Shown here piece after piece: positions 9,869 through 19,855 of a stretch of 64,000 nucleotides of DNA. This DNA comes from Bdellovibrionales bacterium. GTDB lineage: Bacteria > Bdellovibrionota > Bdellovibrionia > Bdellovibrionales > JAUICD01. A model generated the notes under the pieces. That model searched no databases. It saw only the letters and a list, made by a program, of their open reading frames with translations, and was not told the DNA's origin. Every line of letters starts with the position of its first letter. The first letter of the stretch is position 1. Both the position numbers and the translations under genes were made by a program. Location: assembly GCA_965197425.1 (NCBI GenBank), contig CBDANC010000013.1:226243-290242 (forward strand), in the 5' to 3' direction.

Positions 9869-11167
9869 ATGCCTCTTTTAAAACCAATACTGATATGTTT
9901 GCTGGCCATTACCCTACGGTTAGAGCTATCGATGGCAGGATCTAAAAAATCTAAAATAATGGCTAATGAGGTTGGTTGTGCAGCGGCCAGAAATGGTATT
10001 TGTTTTAGAACTAGAAGCAGAAAGCCTGCCTCTATAAAAACACTAAGCAAACATAACCCTGAAGACTGTACATTTGAAAAAAGATCTGCAGGAGTCAAAG
10101 ATTTTGATGATTTCATAAAAAATAATGACCTAGATTGTGTTGCTAAATTTGTTAATGATACCAGAATAAATATAACAATTCGGGGAAACACTCCCCTGAT
10201 GACTGCAATTCAGTACAAAAGAATGGAGGCAGTAGAAATTCTTTTAGAAAGAGAAGATTTAGATATAAATGTACAAAATAAATACGGCAAAACAGCATTG
10301 TTTTCAGCCATTGATACCAATCAACCAGAAATGGTAAAAATACTAATTGAAAGATCAGAAATTGACATCAATATAAAAGATAACCGAGATGATACCCCTT
10401 TATCAACAGCAAGTATTAAAGGCAATGACACCATTGTTACTATGCTCCTTGATCACAACAAAATAGAAATAAGAGACAGTGTGGTAGCTGCACTAATGAG
10501 AGCAAGCATGTATAATAAGGATAATGTTATCAGAGCCCTGATAGAACACCCTAAAGTAGGTCCAAATTTTCAAGATAAAAACGGAACCACCATATTAATA
10601 ATTGCAACTAAAGAAGACCGTGAAGATATCGTACAAGCTTTAGTCACAAACGATAATTTAGATGTAAATTTTAGAGATGAAGATGAAAGGACAGCACTAA
10701 TGTGGGCAACTGGCCCAAGTAGAAGGCCTGCCAAGCTACTGTTGGAGCACCCAGAAATTGAAGTAAACTTACAAGACAAAAACAAAGATACAGCACTAAT
10801 AATTGCAAGCTCTGAAGGTACATCTGCAATTGTAGAAGCTTTGCTACAGCATGATGAAATAGAGGTAAATTTACAAAATAATGACGGAATGACAGCACTA
10901 ATAAAAGCATGCAAAGATAACAGGATGCTTACAATAAACCTTTTACTTAACCACCCAGATGTAGATGTAAATGTGCAAGATAACAATGGAATGACAGCAC
11001 TAATGTGGGCAAGTGCACAAGATAAATTTGGTACTGTAGAGAAGTTACTTAGCCACCCAGCAATTAATATAGATTTAAGAAATAACGAAGGATTAACTGC
11101 ACTAGATATTGCAAAAAAAGAAAAATTTAGACATGTTAAAGAAACATTTAAACGCTACCGGCGTTAA
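9869..11167 (+). CDS. ankyrin-repeat protein with hydrophobic N-terminal leader
   Basis: 432 aa with about 10 ANK repeats (TALM-A, L-x-H-P-x-(I/V)-(D/E)-VN). Leader MPLLKPILICLLAITLRLELSMAGSKKSK is shared with the next gene. AGGAG SD. Confidence 0.85.
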   Translation: MPLLKPILICLLAITLRLELSMAGSKKSKIMANEVGCAAARNGICFRTRSRKPASIKTLSKHNPEDCTFEKRSAGVKDFDDFIKNNDLDCVAKFVNDTRINITIRGNTPLMTAIQYKRMEAVEILLEREDLDINVQNKYGKTALFSAIDTNQPEMVKILIERSEIDINIKDNRDDTPLSTASIKGNDTIVTMLLDHNKIEIRDSVVAALMRASMYNKDNVIRALIEHPKVGPNFQDKNGTTILIIATKEDREDIVQALVTNDNLDVNFRDEDERTALMWATGPSRRPAKLLLEHPEIEVNLQDKNKDTALIIASSEGTSAIVEALLQHDEIEVNLQNNDGMTALIKACKDNRMLTINLLLNHPDVDVNVQDNNGMTALMWASAQDKFGTVEKLLSHPAINIDLRNNEGLTALDIAKKEKFRHVKETFKRYRR

Positions 11168-11366
11168 CTTAAACTAAACCCCAAATCAAATGACACTAAA
11201 AAAGCTTATTGTTTCAAAAAAAAGCATTCCATCATTAACTAAAGCAAGACTAAAGGATTAAATTAAATGTTCCGATTTGCCTTACTGTGAATGACGATTG
11301 TACCACATAGGTATAGGCACCAGTCTTGCTGGTATTTGTCAGATAGAAAATCTAAAGGAGATTAGA

Positions 11367-13004
11367 ATGTCACATTTAAAACCAATACTAATATGTTTGT
11401 TGGCCATTACTCTACAGTTAGAACTATCGATGGCAGGATCTAAAAAATCCAAACCATCAGCTAAATCAGAAGCTAGTTGTGTAACTGCCAGAAATGGGGT
11501 TTGTACTAAAGTTGGAACTAGAAACCCGTCTTCTATAAGAGGTGATGATCCTGACCCAGAAAAATGCCAAGTTGAAAAAAACATAATAATAAATAGTGCG
11601 TTTATTGAGTCCGCTAAAAACAACGATTTAGATTGTGTGGCACGGTTTACACGTACGGAAACAATAAGTGTCAACCTTGTTGCTGGTTTTGGAACTCCTG
11701 AATATAGAGGAAAAACACCTCTGATGGTTGCCGCGCTGTATGGCAGAACAAGTGTGATAGAATTACTATCTGAAAGAGATGATTTGGATGTCAACAAACA
11801 AGATAGAGACGGAAAGACAGCCCTTTTCATAGCATCTGAGGAAAATCAAATTGAAGCAGTGAGGCTGCTTACAAGATTTTCAGATATTGATGTAAACAAG
11901 CAAGACAAAAATGGCAATACCCCTATCATGGTAGCAGGTAAGAATGGTCATTACGGGGTTGTACAAACACTCCTTGAACATGAAGGAGTTGATGTAAATA
12001 AGGAAAACAATCAGGGCCTAACTGCATATGAGCTTGCTAGAGAAAATAATCATGCAGGGGTAAGAGAATTATTTATTGGACATGTGAGAGCTCGAGAGAA
12101 CGAACTTGATGTAAGACGATGCTTCCATTCTGCAAAGACTGGCAATCTAGGGGCTCTACAAACATGCTTAGCTAAAGGTGCAGATATAAATGCACAGCAA
12201 GCCGATGGATACTCTCTTTTGATGCTTCCGATAACATACGAACAACCAGAGGTTTTCCGTTTTCTAGTAAGAGATCCAAAAACAGATGTTAATTTACAAG
12301 ATAATAGAGGAAATACTGCCTTAATATTGGCTTCTAGAGCCGGCACCCTGGAAGATGTAGAGCTCCTACTTTCCAGAGAAGATATAAATATTTACGCTAA
12401 GGATAGAGAAGGATTAACAGCACTTGACTACGCTAAAAGACGGAACTCCTTCCGTGTTGGAGGAGAAGATGTTACCTCTATCGTAGAAGCAATATCTGAT
12501 CTAACAGCACAACATAAAAGAGATTTATTTGATGCAGCTAAAATAGGAAATATAGCTTTATTAGACAGAACCTTAGACAAAGGTATCGATATAAATGTAA
12601 GAGAGGATAATGCTGGACAACCAACTCCTTTGATAGTTGCAGCTCAAATGTCACGAGAAAATATGGTGGAACACTTACTAACCAAACCAGATGTGGATGT
12701 GAACGCACAAACTGCAAATGGATTTACTGCACTTATGATGGCCACAGTAGCAAGCAATATGAAACTAGTAAGACTATTAGTTGGTGGAGAAAGTGAGAAC
12801 TCGAGGCTTTCACGAGAACAACAAGCTAACATACTGTCAAATACAAGAAATATAGATTTAAGCTTGAAGACTGCAGGAGATAAAACCGCACTTGATCTAG
12901 CTAGAGAAAGAGGTCGTAGTAGAGACATAATTAGTTTTCTAGCAGACTCAAGTGGTGAAAGAGGAGGTGCTGGAGCCTTCTTTAGATCACTATTTGGAAG
13001 ATAG
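11367..13004 (+). CDS. ankyrin-repeat protein, tandem paralog of 9869-11167
   Basis: ATG at 11367 after a GGAG SD (the ORF track extends to 11298). Leader MSHLKPILICLLAITLQLELSMAGSKKSK is about 90% identical at DNA level to the upstream paralog. Multiple ANK repeats. Confidence 0.85.
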   Translation: MSHLKPILICLLAITLQLELSMAGSKKSKPSAKSEASCVTARNGVCTKVGTRNPSSIRGDDPDPEKCQVEKNIIINSAFIESAKNNDLDCVARFTRTETISVNLVAGFGTPEYRGKTPLMVAALYGRTSVIELLSERDDLDVNKQDRDGKTALFIASEENQIEAVRLLTRFSDIDVNKQDKNGNTPIMVAGKNGHYGVVQTLLEHEGVDVNKENNQGLTAYELARENNHAGVRELFIGHVRARENELDVRRCFHSAKTGNLGALQTCLAKGADINAQQADGYSLLMLPITYEQPEVFRFLVRDPKTDVNLQDNRGNTALILASRAGTLEDVELLLSREDINIYAKDREGLTALDYAKRRNSFRVGGEDVTSIVEAISDLTAQHKRDLFDAAKIGNIALLDRTLDKGIDINVREDNAGQPTPLIVAAQMSRENMVEHLLTKPDVDVNAQTANGFTALMMATVASNMKLVRLLVGGESENSRLSREQQANILSNTRNIDLSLKTAGDKTALDLARERGRSRDIISFLADSSGERGGAGAFFRSLFGR

Positions 13005-13015
13005 TAGTTTTATTA

Positions 13016-13046
13016 GCCTGAGTCACAAAGACGACTTGGCTCAGGC
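13016..13046. terminator. GC-rich hairpin between convergent genes (possible terminator)
   Basis: gcctgagtca / tggctcaggc 10-bp stem (one G-U pair) with an 11-nt loop. No clean downstream U-run on either strand. Confidence 0.3.
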
Positions 13047-13059
13047 AAAATCAACCAAG

Positions 13060-13857
13060 CTAGAGCTTTGTGATGAATTCTCTTATAAGCTTGTCAACAT
13101 TTTTGGAACTAACCTTAGCTTGTTTACAAATATCTTCATGAGTAATTTTTTCTGTGCTGGGAACTAGGTTGCTTACAAGGCTAATACCTAGCACCTTCAT
13201 TCCCATTTCTCTGGCTGCAATGCATTCAAGTACTGTGCTCATTCCAATAACATCAGCACCTACGGTTTTAAAAAATTTTATTTCAGAAGAAGTTTCATAG
13301 TTAGGCCCTAGAACTCCACAATAAACACCCTCATTAAATTTAATCCCAACACTAGAAAAACTAGCTTTTATTTTTTGTCTCAAACCAGGGTCATAAGCAT
13401 GTGTCATATCTAAAAATCTATCTTGTGTTTTTTTACCAACAAGAGGGCTTGTACCTGTTAGATTAATGTGATCGGATATCACCATCAAATCACCCTTTTT
13501 CAAATTTGCATTTATTCCACCTGCTGCACTAGTTAAAATCAAAGTTTTAATCCCAAATTTCGAAATTGCTCTTATAGGATATACCACCTCATCTGCACTA
13601 AACCCCTCGTACAGATGCAATCTTCCTTTTAAAACCAAAACCTCCACACCTTCTAACAAGCCGATCTCCAACTCTCCCCTGTGGCCGGGGGCACTTGCAG
13701 ATTGAAAATATGGAATGTCTTTGAATTTAAAACTAACAGAATCTTTTAGTTGTAAACTTCCAAACCCAGAACCTAGAACCAAAGCTATCTTGGGTCTACA
13801 CTCTGTAGACAATGACAAAAATTTGCAGGTTTCAGTTATTTTTTTTTCAATATTCAC
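13060..13857 (-). CDS. purine nucleoside phosphorylase (trimeric PNP/PunA family)
   Basis: 265 aa. Motifs LGSGFG, HRGEL..G...G......GRLHLYEG, TSAAGG and MSTVLE are characteristic of the family. GTG start. Confidence 0.82.
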   Translation of the reverse strand: MNIEKKITETCKFLSLSTECRPKIALVLGSGFGSLQLKDSVSFKFKDIPYFQSASAPGHRGELEIGLLEGVEVLVLKGRLHLYEGFSADEVVYPIRAISKFGIKTLILTSAAGGINANLKKGDLMVISDHINLTGTSPLVGKKTQDRFLDMTHAYDPGLRQKIKASFSSVGIKFNEGVYCGVLGPNYETSSEIKFFKTVGADVIGMSTVLECIAAREMGMKVLGISLVSNLVPSTEKITHEDICKQAKVSSKNVDKLIREFITKL

Positions 13858-13876
13858 AATCTAATACTTCAAAAAG

Positions 13877-14992
13877 TTATCTGGAAGCTGGGCCTATGTA
13901 CTTACCCCTAGGCCTATATATTCTGTTATTAGAGTATTGTTCTAAAATATGCGCTAACCAACCTGATACCCTTGAAGAGGCAAATATAGGGGTATATAAA
14001 TCAGTTGGAATCCCCATTGAGTAGTAAACCGTAGCAGAATAAAAATCCACATTAGGTAAAAGGCTCTTTTTTTCTTTCACGGTTTGTTCAACAACTTTTG
14101 AAATTTCAAACCAAACAGAGTCTGTTTTTTTGGCCAACTCACCACTCATTTTTTTCAGAATCTTTGCTCTAGGATCGCCGTTTTTGTAAACCCTGTGACC
14201 AAAACCCATTATTAGCTTCTTTTCTACTAGAGCTTTTTCAATCCAAGCTTTGGCATTAGAAACACTGCCTATTTCTTTTAACATAAGCATAACTTGTTCA
14301 TTTGCTCCACCATGCAAAGGCCCTTTTAGGGTACCAATTGCACTTATGATTGCAGAATATATATCACTTAATGAGGAAGAAGTTACTCTTGCAGAAAAAG
14401 CTGAGCAATTTAACTCGTGATCAGCGTGCAAGACAAGACACTGATCAAATATGTTTACCATATAATCTTCTGGCTCTTTCCCACTGATACAGTATAAGAA
14501 ATTCCAAGCTATTCCTTTATCAAGCCTTGGTTTAACTATATCCTTGGAATTTCTTAGTCTTTCAAACAACGCTACCAACATACCCATCTTGGCCACAAGA
14601 CTAAGGCAGGATTTTTGTTTGTCTTCATCTACGAGTGGAGCATCCACTACCAGTGGGGTACCCACTTTTTTTGCATACAAAGAAGCAATTGATACAGCAG
14701 TTCTCAAAAAAGCCATTGGGTGACAATCCAAAGGAAGTAATTTTAGATTGTCCACTAACTGATCATCCAAAGTCATATGCTCCGAAAGAGACTTTTTAAA
14801 CTCAGCTAATTCCTGAGCAGTTGGAAGTTTGTTGTTCCACAATAAAAAAACTACCTCTTCAAAACAACAAGTGGCAAGCTCTTCTATCTTGTATCCCCTA
14901 TAAGTGAGATGGGTATCAATAATCGAAGAAATTTTAGTGGTACAAGCTACCACACCCTCTAAACCCCTATCTATTGCTTTATCATAATTCAT
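13877..14992 (-). CDS. citrate synthase family protein (citrate or 2-methylcitrate synthase)
   Basis: About 371 aa. Motifs GLEGVVAC, LHADHELN, GPLHGGAN and GFGHRVYK. ATG at 14992 follows a GAGGA SD (the ORF-track TTG is at 15013). Confidence 0.88.
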   Translation of the reverse strand: MNYDKAIDRGLEGVVACTTKISSIIDTHLTYRGYKIEELATCCFEEVVFLLWNNKLPTAQELAEFKKSLSEHMTLDDQLVDNLKLLPLDCHPMAFLRTAVSIASLYAKKVGTPLVVDAPLVDEDKQKSCLSLVAKMGMLVALFERLRNSKDIVKPRLDKGIAWNFLYCISGKEPEDYMVNIFDQCLVLHADHELNCSAFSARVTSSSLSDIYSAIISAIGTLKGPLHGGANEQVMLMLKEIGSVSNAKAWIEKALVEKKLIMGFGHRVYKNGDPRAKILKKMSGELAKKTDSVWFEISKVVEQTVKEKKSLLPNVDFYSATVYYSMGIPTDLYTPIFASSRVSGWLAHILEQYSNNRIYRPRGKYIGPASR

Positions 14993-15129
14993 ATTTTCCT
15001 CAACAAACCCCAATTAATACTTATTGTAATAACATTCATAGGATATACCTTGGAGGTATACCTTAATTAATTTTCACTATAGGTGATTACCCTGATAACG
15101 ATCTACTATTAAGCAACACAAAATTTTTG

Positions 15130-15942
15130 TCAACCACCAGTTATCAGCCTAAGTTTATATTGCCTAGTATCTTCTTTAACATCCACTATTACTAGTGTAG
15201 CATCTCTATCAAAAGTTCCGTTGGTATGTTTTCCTAGTTCAAATAATATCTCATGTTTTAGATCATGGGTGCTTCTATCTCTCCCCTGCTGGATTATTTT
15301 TTCTATTTCGGACACACCAAAAGGTTCCCCTGACTCATTGGTACTTAAAATTAATCCATAACTAGCCAGTACTATCCTTGATCCAAAAGGAACTTCTTCT
15401 TCTTCTACATCCTTTGGAAAAGTGAAGTTATCCAAAGATAGTCTTTCACCCAACCTTGGGAACCTCATTAAATTATCCCTTCTCTGAATCCACCCCACAT
15501 TGTCACCTATATTGCAAAAATTTAATCTGGAATTTCTCTTATCAATGAGCATAAGAAGCATACTTAAACTATCTTCATTTTGTATTTGTTCTTTTAAATC
15601 CTCGCATAGGTTTTTTACAACCTGGCTACTACTGGTTCCAACATCACTTAGACTCATTATTTTTCTAAGTAACATTGCAGCTATGGAGTGATTAGATGCA
15701 GCACTAAGCAAGATAGCTACAGATTTTTTGATTTCCAAAACATCAAAATAATCCCCACCTGAAACCGAGCTTGCTATATGTCTTGTGGAAAATTCAAAAC
15801 CTTTTATGTGACCAAACTCAACTATAGAACTTAGTTTTTGAATTTCACGAGCCAATTTTAGCTGATGCTCAAGGCTAGATTTGAGAACCTCAAGCCTTTG
15901 ATTTAATCCGCTAAAAGTATCTGATGTCTCTTTTGTATCCAC
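15130..15942 (-). CDS. SpoIIE/PP2C-family protein phosphatase
   Basis: 270 aa. Short coiled-coil N-terminus followed by the SGGDYFDV motif and PPM-like blocks (LLMLID, DATLVIVDV). Confidence 0.72.
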   Translation of the reverse strand: MDTKETSDTFSGLNQRLEVLKSSLEHQLKLAREIQKLSSIVEFGHIKGFEFSTRHIASSVSGGDYFDVLEIKKSVAILLSAASNHSIAAMLLRKIMSLSDVGTSSSQVVKNLCEDLKEQIQNEDSLSMLLMLIDKRNSRLNFCNIGDNVGWIQRRDNLMRFPRLGERLSLDNFTFPKDVEEEEVPFGSRIVLASYGLILSTNESGEPFGVSEIEKIIQQGRDRSTHDLKHEILFELGKHTNGTFDRDATLVIVDVKEDTRQYKLRLITGG

Positions 15943-16001
15943 CTAATACCTCAAAATCACCCTTTTATCCCCAACTTACACCCTCTAGTTTGGCTTCCTG
16001 G

Positions 16002-16016
16002 CCTACCAATGGTAGG
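16002..16016. promoter_or_regulatory. perfect 15-bp palindrome in a divergent promoter gap
   Basis: CCTACCAATGGTAGG lies between the divergent starts at 15942 (-) and 16097 (+). Candidate operator. No factor identified. Confidence 0.3.
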
Positions 16017-16096
16017 ACACAAATGTACAGTATTACTTGAAACATATGAAAACAACATATAGATAGAAGAACAAAAACTTTTTATAAAAAACACTT

Positions 16097-17437
16097 ATGA
16101 ATAGCACAGTAAATTTAAAGACAATAGACAAAGCATTTCTGATTAACAACGATTTGGACACATTTGGCAGTTTTGCAGAAATTGGAGCAGGTCAAGAGAC
16201 CGCCAGATGGTTCTTTAAGGCCGGGATGAGTTCCAATACCATAGCCAAAACCATGTCCGCCTATGATACCACCTTCAGTGATGAGATATACGGAAAAGAA
16301 AAAACAGGGCGCTATGTTTGTGAAAGCCGCCTTATCAAGATGCTAGACCTAGAATATCAACTCATTAAAGAACGACTTGACAAAAAAAGAGGCAAAAAAA
16401 CCAGATTTTTTGCATTCGCCAACACTCTTGCAACAAAAAATAGACGCTCAGAGAGAGGCCATGGCTGGCTTGGCATAAGATTTCAACATGAAGTTGGAGC
16501 CTGCCCCAGTGAGGTGGTCATACACATTAACCTAAATGACCCCTATACTACCCTGCAACAAGAGGTGACCGGTTTAATAGGTGTTAATCTAATACATGCT
16601 GCACTTTATTTTTATAAAGACCCAAAAAAAATTCTAGAATCACTAGCAGATAACCTCTTTCAAAAAAACATAGAAGTAGACATGATAAGATGCAGTGGAG
16701 ATGCTTTTCCCAATGTAGATAATCGCCTCTTATGTCTTGAGCTGGTTAAAATGGGTTTATCTAAAGTTATTTTGTTCAGAACCAAAAAAAAAATATGCCA
16801 ACCATCTGATATTTTGTACAAAAAAAATGTGTTGATCCAAAGAGGCGATTTTAGGCCCATTACAAATGCTCAGCTGAAAATTCAAGACACCATCACAACT
16901 AAGTTCATAAACGATCACAGCATTGAAGAAAAAGATGTGGTTGTAATTATGGAAATGTCATTCTCTGATTTAAAAGAAGCTTTAGATACAAAAGATTTCT
17001 TAGCCAGAGTAAATATCCTGAATGGATTAGGTTACAATGTGATGATCTCTAATTATCCAAAAATATCAGAGCTAGGCCACCGCATGAGGATTGAAAGGGT
17101 CAAACGATATACCTTTATTCTATCTGAAAGAAGACTAGCGGCCATTTTTGACAACTTAGAAAACGATGGACTTATGCAAAACATGGGGAGGTTTTTGGCT
17201 AATAACGGTTATGTCTATACCTACAATGCCGGCGTTAAGTTTAACCCAGATCCACATCAAAAAAAATTATTTGAATATCTAGTAAGTGAAGGCAGAATAA
17301 ACCCTCTCAAAGATCAATATAAACCAGAGCACTATAATGTAATCTCCAAAATAAAATCAAATGACAAGTCTTGGACAAAATATGTACCGCCCTTAGCAGT
17401 CAAAGCTATACAAGATAATAACTACTTTAAAAACTAA
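16097..17437 (+). CDS. conserved-looking hypothetical protein (446 aa)
   Basis: Long uninterrupted ORF with ordinary composition and no signal peptide. I recognise no motif. Confidence 0.6.
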   Translation: MNSTVNLKTIDKAFLINNDLDTFGSFAEIGAGQETARWFFKAGMSSNTIAKTMSAYDTTFSDEIYGKEKTGRYVCESRLIKMLDLEYQLIKERLDKKRGKKTRFFAFANTLATKNRRSERGHGWLGIRFQHEVGACPSEVVIHINLNDPYTTLQQEVTGLIGVNLIHAALYFYKDPKKILESLADNLFQKNIEVDMIRCSGDAFPNVDNRLLCLELVKMGLSKVILFRTKKKICQPSDILYKKNVLIQRGDFRPITNAQLKIQDTITTKFINDHSIEEKDVVVIMEMSFSDLKEALDTKDFLARVNILNGLGYNVMISNYPKISELGHRMRIERVKRYTFILSERRLAAIFDNLENDGLMQNMGRFLANNGYVYTYNAGVKFNPDPHQKKLFEYLVSEGRINPLKDQYKPEHYNVISKIKSNDKSWTKYVPPLAVKAIQDNNYFKN

Positions 17438-17449
17438 GAGGTTTTTATA

Positions 17450-18079
17450 TTGCACTCCAAACTCAATAAGCGTTGCGAGATTACAAGACATATATTTCAT
17501 ATACTGTGTATGTCCTCTATTGCGTTTGGTGTGTGGTATGTAGATTTTGGCAAAGCAGTTACTGTACTGAGCATTTCTGTGCTTGTAATAATACCCTTAG
17601 ATTTTTCAAGAAGATATGTTCCATTTTTACAGTCCTTAGCTAGGCTAATATTTGGCAAGTTAATGCGGGATTATGAAAATACCAGACTATCAGGAGCATC
17701 CTATGCTCTCTTGGGAGGCTTCATATGCCTTGTTATCTTCCCAAAGGAAGTTGCTGCAATTTCCATTTTAATGTTTGCTATAGGTGATCCTGCGTCTAAT
17801 TTTGTGGGTACTAAATACGGTAAAGATAAAATATTGGGTGACAAAACTCTTCAAGGAACAATAGCTTGTTTTGTTATCTGTATGATTATATCGTTCTCCT
17901 ACGTATCAATGATTGGAGCATTTTCATTTGAAAGATACATGGTAATAGGATTACTTGCAGGATTAATAGGTGCGATTACAGAGCTTGTTCCGGTAATGAA
18001 ATTTAATGACAATTTTACAATGCCTACATTGAGTGGCTGCGGTATTTGGGTTTTATTTGTATCTTTTGGAATAATATGA
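17450..18079 (+). CDS. integral membrane polyprenol/diacylglycerol (dolichol/phytol) kinase-like protein
   Basis: 209 aa with about 6 TM segments. The IGDPASNFVGTKYGK...LQGT block resembles the CTP-dependent kinase/cytidylyltransferase family. TTG start with an AGAGG SD. Start of a lipid gene string. Confidence 0.5.
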   Translation: MHSKLNKRCEITRHIFHILCMSSIAFGVWYVDFGKAVTVLSISVLVIIPLDFSRRYVPFLQSLARLIFGKLMRDYENTRLSGASYALLGGFICLVIFPKEVAAISILMFAIGDPASNFVGTKYGKDKILGDKTLQGTIACFVICMIISFSYVSMIGAFSFERYMVIGLLAGLIGAITELVPVMKFNDNFTMPTLSGCGIWVLFVSFGII

Positions 18080-18879
18080 AAAAGGAAAACTTACACTACA
18101 TAAAACAGACTAAAACACGATCTGACACAAACCATGGACAGGTTGCCAATATTAAGGTTTTTATTTTACCCAATCTGCTGACCACAGGAAACTTGTTCTT
18201 TGGTTTTTACAGCATAGTATCCTCTATAAACGGTAACTTTAAGGTTGCATGTTCCTCCATAATAATAGCCACTGTTTTTGATCTGTTAGACGGTAGAGTT
18301 GCTAAACTTACTAAAAGTGATTCAATATTTGGAGCTCAATATGATGCGCTCTGTGATCTGGTTAGTTTTGGTGTAGCACCTTCTTTGTTAATGTACTTTT
18401 GGGCCTTACAGCCTTTTGGCAAATTTGGTTGGGTGGCCAGTTTTTTATATGTTTCTTGTACTGCTTTGAGACTTGCAAGATTTAACAGTAGTTACACCAC
18501 TAGTGGTGGATACTCCACTCGTATAGGTCAATTTGGGGCAAGTAACAAAATTTCAAGACATTTTCAGGGACTGCCGTCTACCGCAGCTGCCGGTGTAATT
18601 GCTAGCAGTGTATTGTTCCTTTTGAAGAATAATATAGAAAACTATCGTCAAATAAGTTTGTTACTACTAACATTTACGCTAGCATTTCTTATGGTATCCA
18701 ATTTTAAGTATAGAAACTTTAAGGACATATTTATAAAAAAACGACACTTTTATATGTTAGTAATAGCGGTATTGTGTTTTATTTTACTTGTCATGCACAC
18801 CGAGCTTACGCTCTTCATATTTTTTACATCATACATGTTGTTTGGTTGGCTGTTTAGCTCTAAGAGTTTGGAAGGTTAG
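18076..18879 (+). CDS. pssA: CDP-diacylglycerol--serine O-phosphatidyltransferase
   Basis: CDP-alcohol phosphatidyltransferase signature D-LLDG-RVAKL-x8-G-x3-D-x3-D (DLLDGRVAKLTKSDSIFGAQYDALCD). ATG at 18076 overlaps the upstream stop (ATGA). Confidence 0.85.
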   Translation: MKKENLHYIKQTKTRSDTNHGQVANIKVFILPNLLTTGNLFFGFYSIVSSINGNFKVACSSIIIATVFDLLDGRVAKLTKSDSIFGAQYDALCDLVSFGVAPSLLMYFWALQPFGKFGWVASFLYVSCTALRLARFNSSYTTSGGYSTRIGQFGASNKISRHFQGLPSTAAAGVIASSVLFLLKNNIENYRQISLLLLTFTLAFLMVSNFKYRNFKDIFIKKRHFYMLVIAVLCFILLVMHTELTLFIFFTSYMLFGWLFSSKSLEG

Positions 18880-18883
18880 TTTT

Positions 18884-19855
18884 ATGCAAAACATAGCGGT
18901 TGTAGGAGCCACTGGACTGGTTGGAAAAGAGTTTCTAAAATTACTAAAAACCAAAACCAACCTTAAACTTTTCGCAAGCCCTAGCTCAAAAAACAAAAAA
19001 GTTAAGGTCTCAGACAAAGAATTTGATATCAATGTATTAGAGCCAGAGTGTTTTAACAATTTAGATATAGTATTTTTTTCTGCTGGGGGAGAAATTAGTA
19101 AAAGGTGGACTTCCAAAGCTGTCGATGCAGGAGCTTTTGTAATTGATAACTCCAGTACATTTAGAATGGACCCAGAAGTACCTTTAATTGTACCAGAGGT
19201 AAATGGTCAGATTTTAGATTCATTAAAAAACCCTTGTATAATTGCAAACCCAAACTGTTCCACCATTCAAATGGTTGTTGCATTGAACCAAATTCATAAA
19301 AGTTTTGAGATTAGTACAATCAAGGTTGCCACTTATCAATCAATAAGCGGAGCAGGAGCTAAGAGAACGCAAGACTTAATAGACATGTCTTTGGGTTACT
19401 TAAATAACAAGCCTGTCAAAGAAGATGATTTAGCTTTCAATAATATCCCTCAAATAGGAAACATGTCACAAAATGCTTTTTCTACTGAAGAACTAAAAAT
19501 GATAAATGAAACAAAAAAAATATTAGATCCTGATATAAAAGTAAGTGCATTTTGTGTAAGGACTCCAACCATGAATGGTCACAGTGAAGTTGTATGGTTT
19601 ACTTTAAAAAATAAATATTCAAGGCAAGATATTGTAAAAGCATTAGACTCAAGTGAAGGTGTTAAATATTTAGATGAAGGCTTTTGCACCAACAGGCATG
19701 CATCTGGCAAAAATGAAGTTTTTGTGAGCAGGCTGAGACAAGACCCAGATGATCCTTACACTTGGACAATGTGGGTTGTATCTGACAATTTGAAAAAAGG
19801 CGCTGCCCTGAATGGTTTTCAGATAGCAAATAGATTAAGCCATGGAAATTTGTAA
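18884..19855 (+). CDS. asd: aspartate-semialdehyde dehydrogenase
   Basis: Begins MQNIAVVGATGLVGKEF. Active-site region ANPNCSTIQMVVAL. ATG at 18884 (the ORF track extends to 18788). Confidence 0.9.
   Translation: MQNIAVVGATGLVGKEFLKLLKTKTNLKLFASPSSKNKKVKVSDKEFDINVLEPECFNNLDIVFFSAGGEISKRWTSKAVDAGAFVIDNSSTFRMDPEVPLIVPEVNGQILDSLKNPCIIANPNCSTIQMVVALNQIHKSFEISTIKVATYQSISGAGAKRTQDLIDMSLGYLNNKPVKEDDLAFNNIPQIGNMSQNAFSTEELKMINETKKILDPDIKVSAFCVRTPTMNGHSEVVWFTLKNKYSRQDIVKALDSSEGVKYLDEGFCTNRHASGKNEVFVSRLRQDPDDPYTWTMWVVSDNLKKGAALNGFQIANRLSHGNL

Noticed and set aside
9823-10191. Long antisense ORFs opposite the ankyrin paralogs (9823-10191, 10570-10986, 10671-10910, 11339-11830, 12050-12346, 12644-12928)
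   Set aside because: They overlap strongly supported ANK genes on the other strand. Their apparent conservation between the two loci simply reflects paralogy of the sense genes.
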